From Candidatus Saccharimonadota bacterium (GTDB lineage: Bacteria > Patescibacteriota > Saccharimonadia > Saccharimonadales > JAGQMS01), in NCBI GenBank assembly GCA_043719125.1, contig JAYSUL010000037.1, positions 1-32,784 on the forward strand: 32,784 bases of DNA, read 5' to 3'. Made by a program: the position numbers and the translations under genes. The notes under the pieces are model-generated. The model was not told the origin of the DNA. It made no database searches and worked only from the letters and a program-made list of their open reading frames with translations. Positions 31,409 to 32,784 of the stretch are shown here, piece by piece (the stretch's first letter is position 1; each line of letters opens with the position of its first letter).

Positions 31409-32647
31409 ATGGAGAAAACAAAGAAAACTCATAAAACGCGGCTTTTTTATGCACTTAGTGCTGTGATTATATTTGCTGGGGGAGTAACACTTGGGCTACT
31501 CTCAAAGGCCAACTTTAGTACTTCATCAGAAAACTCTCAGAGTTTGTTTAGTAGTATATTTGGTGGGCTGACTGACAGAAACGGTTCGGTATCCAACAAT
31601 AACGATAATCTCGACTATGACTCTGTTGAAGAAGCATACGATACGCTCGTAGCAAATTACGATGGAGAGTTAGATAAAACAAAACTCATAGATGGTCTCA
31701 AAAAAGGTTTAGCAGAAGCGACAGGTGATCCATATACGGAATTTTTCCCGGCCGAGGAAACAAAGGAGTTTGCAGAGCAGATTAGCGGGTCATTTACAGG
31801 TATTGGTGCAGAGCTGGGCAAACAAGACAACGCGATTGTGATTATTTCCCCAATCAAAGGTTACCCAGCAGAAAAAGCCGGTGTGCAAGCAAAGGACATT
31901 ATCCTCAAAATCAACGACGAGGACGCACTTTCGCTTTCTATCTCAGAAGCCGTCAAGAAGATTCGAGGGGAAGCCGGCACAACAGTCAAACTCAATTTAC
32001 TTCGAGGCAGTGAGCAAATAGAGCTTACAATCACCCGCACAGAGATCAAAATACCAAGTGTTGAGTATGAAGTGCTTGATGGGGGAGTATGCAATATACG
32101 TATTTCAAGGTTCTCTGACGACACCGATCAGCTTGTTAAGGAGGCCGCAAAAGTCTGTAAAGAAAAGTCTGCGACATCAGTACTATTGGATCTCCGGAAT
32201 GATCCAGGTGGTTATCTCGACCAGGCAATCCGTGTCTCAAGTCACTGGGTAGATCAGGGTAAAACAGTCGTCACGGAAAAACGAGCAGGCAAAGTAATCA
32301 AGACACACTCAGCTGGCGTTGGACAGGAATTCAAAGGCATGAAAACAGTTGTATTAATTAACTCAGGCAGTGCTAGTGCAAGTGAGATTGTGGCTGGAGC
32401 GCTCAAAGATTATGGACTTGCTACGTTGGTTGGTGAAAAATCATACGGCAAGGGCAGTGTGCAGGAAATTGACCAGCTCGGAGGTGGCACATCTCTCAAA
32501 ATCACAATCGCCCGATGGTTTACCCCTAAAGACAAAAACATAGATCAGGAAGGCATAGAGCCAGACCACAAAGTAGAGATCACAGTAGACCAAGCCAAAG
32601 CAGGTGAAGATCCACAAAAAGCCAAAGCCCTCGAACTCCTAAAGTAA
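31409..32647 (+). CDS. ctpA: Carboxy-terminal processing (S41) peptidase with a PDZ domain
   Basis: It has an N-terminal TM anchor and a PDZ segment (GYPAEKAGVQAKDIILKIND). The S41 core has LDLRNDPGG, a GSASASEI catalytic Ser region and a YGKGSVQ Lys region. Confidence 0.9.
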   Translation: MEKTKKTHKTRLFYALSAVIIFAGGVTLGLLSKANFSTSSENSQSLFSSIFGGLTDRNGSVSNNNDNLDYDSVEEAYDTLVANYDGELDKTKLIDGLKKGLAEATGDPYTEFFPAEETKEFAEQISGSFTGIGAELGKQDNAIVIISPIKGYPAEKAGVQAKDIILKINDEDALSLSISEAVKKIRGEAGTTVKLNLLRGSEQIELTITRTEIKIPSVEYEVLDGGVCNIRISRFSDDTDQLVKEAAKVCKEKSATSVLLDLRNDPGGYLDQAIRVSSHWVDQGKTVVTEKRAGKVIKTHSAGVGQEFKGMKTVVLINSGSASASEIVAGALKDYGLATLVGEKSYGKGSVQEIDQLGGGTSLKITIARWFTPKDKNIDQEGIEPDHKVEITVDQAKAGEDPQKAKALELLK

Positions 32648-32661
32648 CCAAAAGCATTTCA

Positions 32662-32689
32662 TTGACAAAAAACCGCTATCAAGCATAAT
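32662..32689 (+). promoter_or_regulatory. Sigma-70-like promoter (TTGACA, 16 nt spacer, CATAAT)
   Basis: The consensus -35 TTGACA is at 32662-32667 and CATAAT is at 32684-32689. A second GCTATAAT lies at 32701-32708, upstream of the ATG at 32724. Confidence 0.4.
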
Positions 32690-32723
32690 GGTAATATAAC
32701 GCTATAATAGGAAAAATAAAAAA

Positions 32724-32784
32724 ATGGAAAAAGTTCCCTCGGCCGGATTAAGCGAAGATGATAGTACTAAAGCTACTAATTTGT
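32724..32784 (+). CDS. Start of an unidentified ORF truncated by the window end
   Basis: The ATG is preceded by AGGAAAAA, and the frame is open to the window edge (MEKVPSAGLSEDDSTKATNL). It is too short to identify. Confidence 0.3.
   Translation, partial: MEKVPSAGLSEDDSTKATNL

Overview
The window is a dense block of about 31 protein genes, mostly on the + strand and mostly housekeeping. In order they are: rpsB (5' partial), tsf, frr, uppS, rseP, a CPBP protease, proS, greA, a CsaA-like tRNA-binding protein, a lysS fusion, a PIF1/RecD-like helicase, two membrane or surface hypotheticals, an SDR, a MacB-type ABC pair, an ABC-F ATPase (- strand), a hypothetical, rsmE, an HI0933-type flavoprotein, a PD-(D/E)XK nuclease, a PLDc_N membrane protein (- strand), serS, hpf, secA, an M16 peptidase, prfB, ftsE, ftsX, an EnvC-like M23 peptidase, a four-helix-bundle (23S rRNA IVS/Avd-like) protein, ctpA, and a short 3' partial ORF. 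TGA is used as a stop codon several times and RF2 is present, so this is genetic code 11. Short proteins, tight packing with many ATGA/TGATG overlaps, and pyrH and cdsA missing from their usual slots point to a reduced-genome bacterium, possibly Patescibacteria/CPR and Saccharibacteria-like. That assignment is inference only, since no search was run. I found no rRNA, tRNA, CRISPR array, transposase or integrase. The main items worth follow-up are: (1) a class II LysRS fused in frame to a complete AlaX-type editing domain, next to a ProRS with no room for an INS editing domain; (2) an FtsEX-linked EnvC-like protein whose M23/LytM domain appears circularly permuted, with HxH before HxxxD; (3) a four-helix-bundle IVS/Avd-like gene bracketed by 23-nt imperfect inverted repeats, inserted between the M23 gene and ctpA; (4) a 165-nt unit bounded by 25-nt direct repeats that duplicate the last codons and stop of the CPBP gene and enclose strong hairpins upstream of proS; (5) -10 elements placed 6-9 nt from start codons with no Shine-Dalgarno at at least eight genes, suggesting leaderless mRNAs. 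All domain calls come from motif recognition by eye in the supplied translations.
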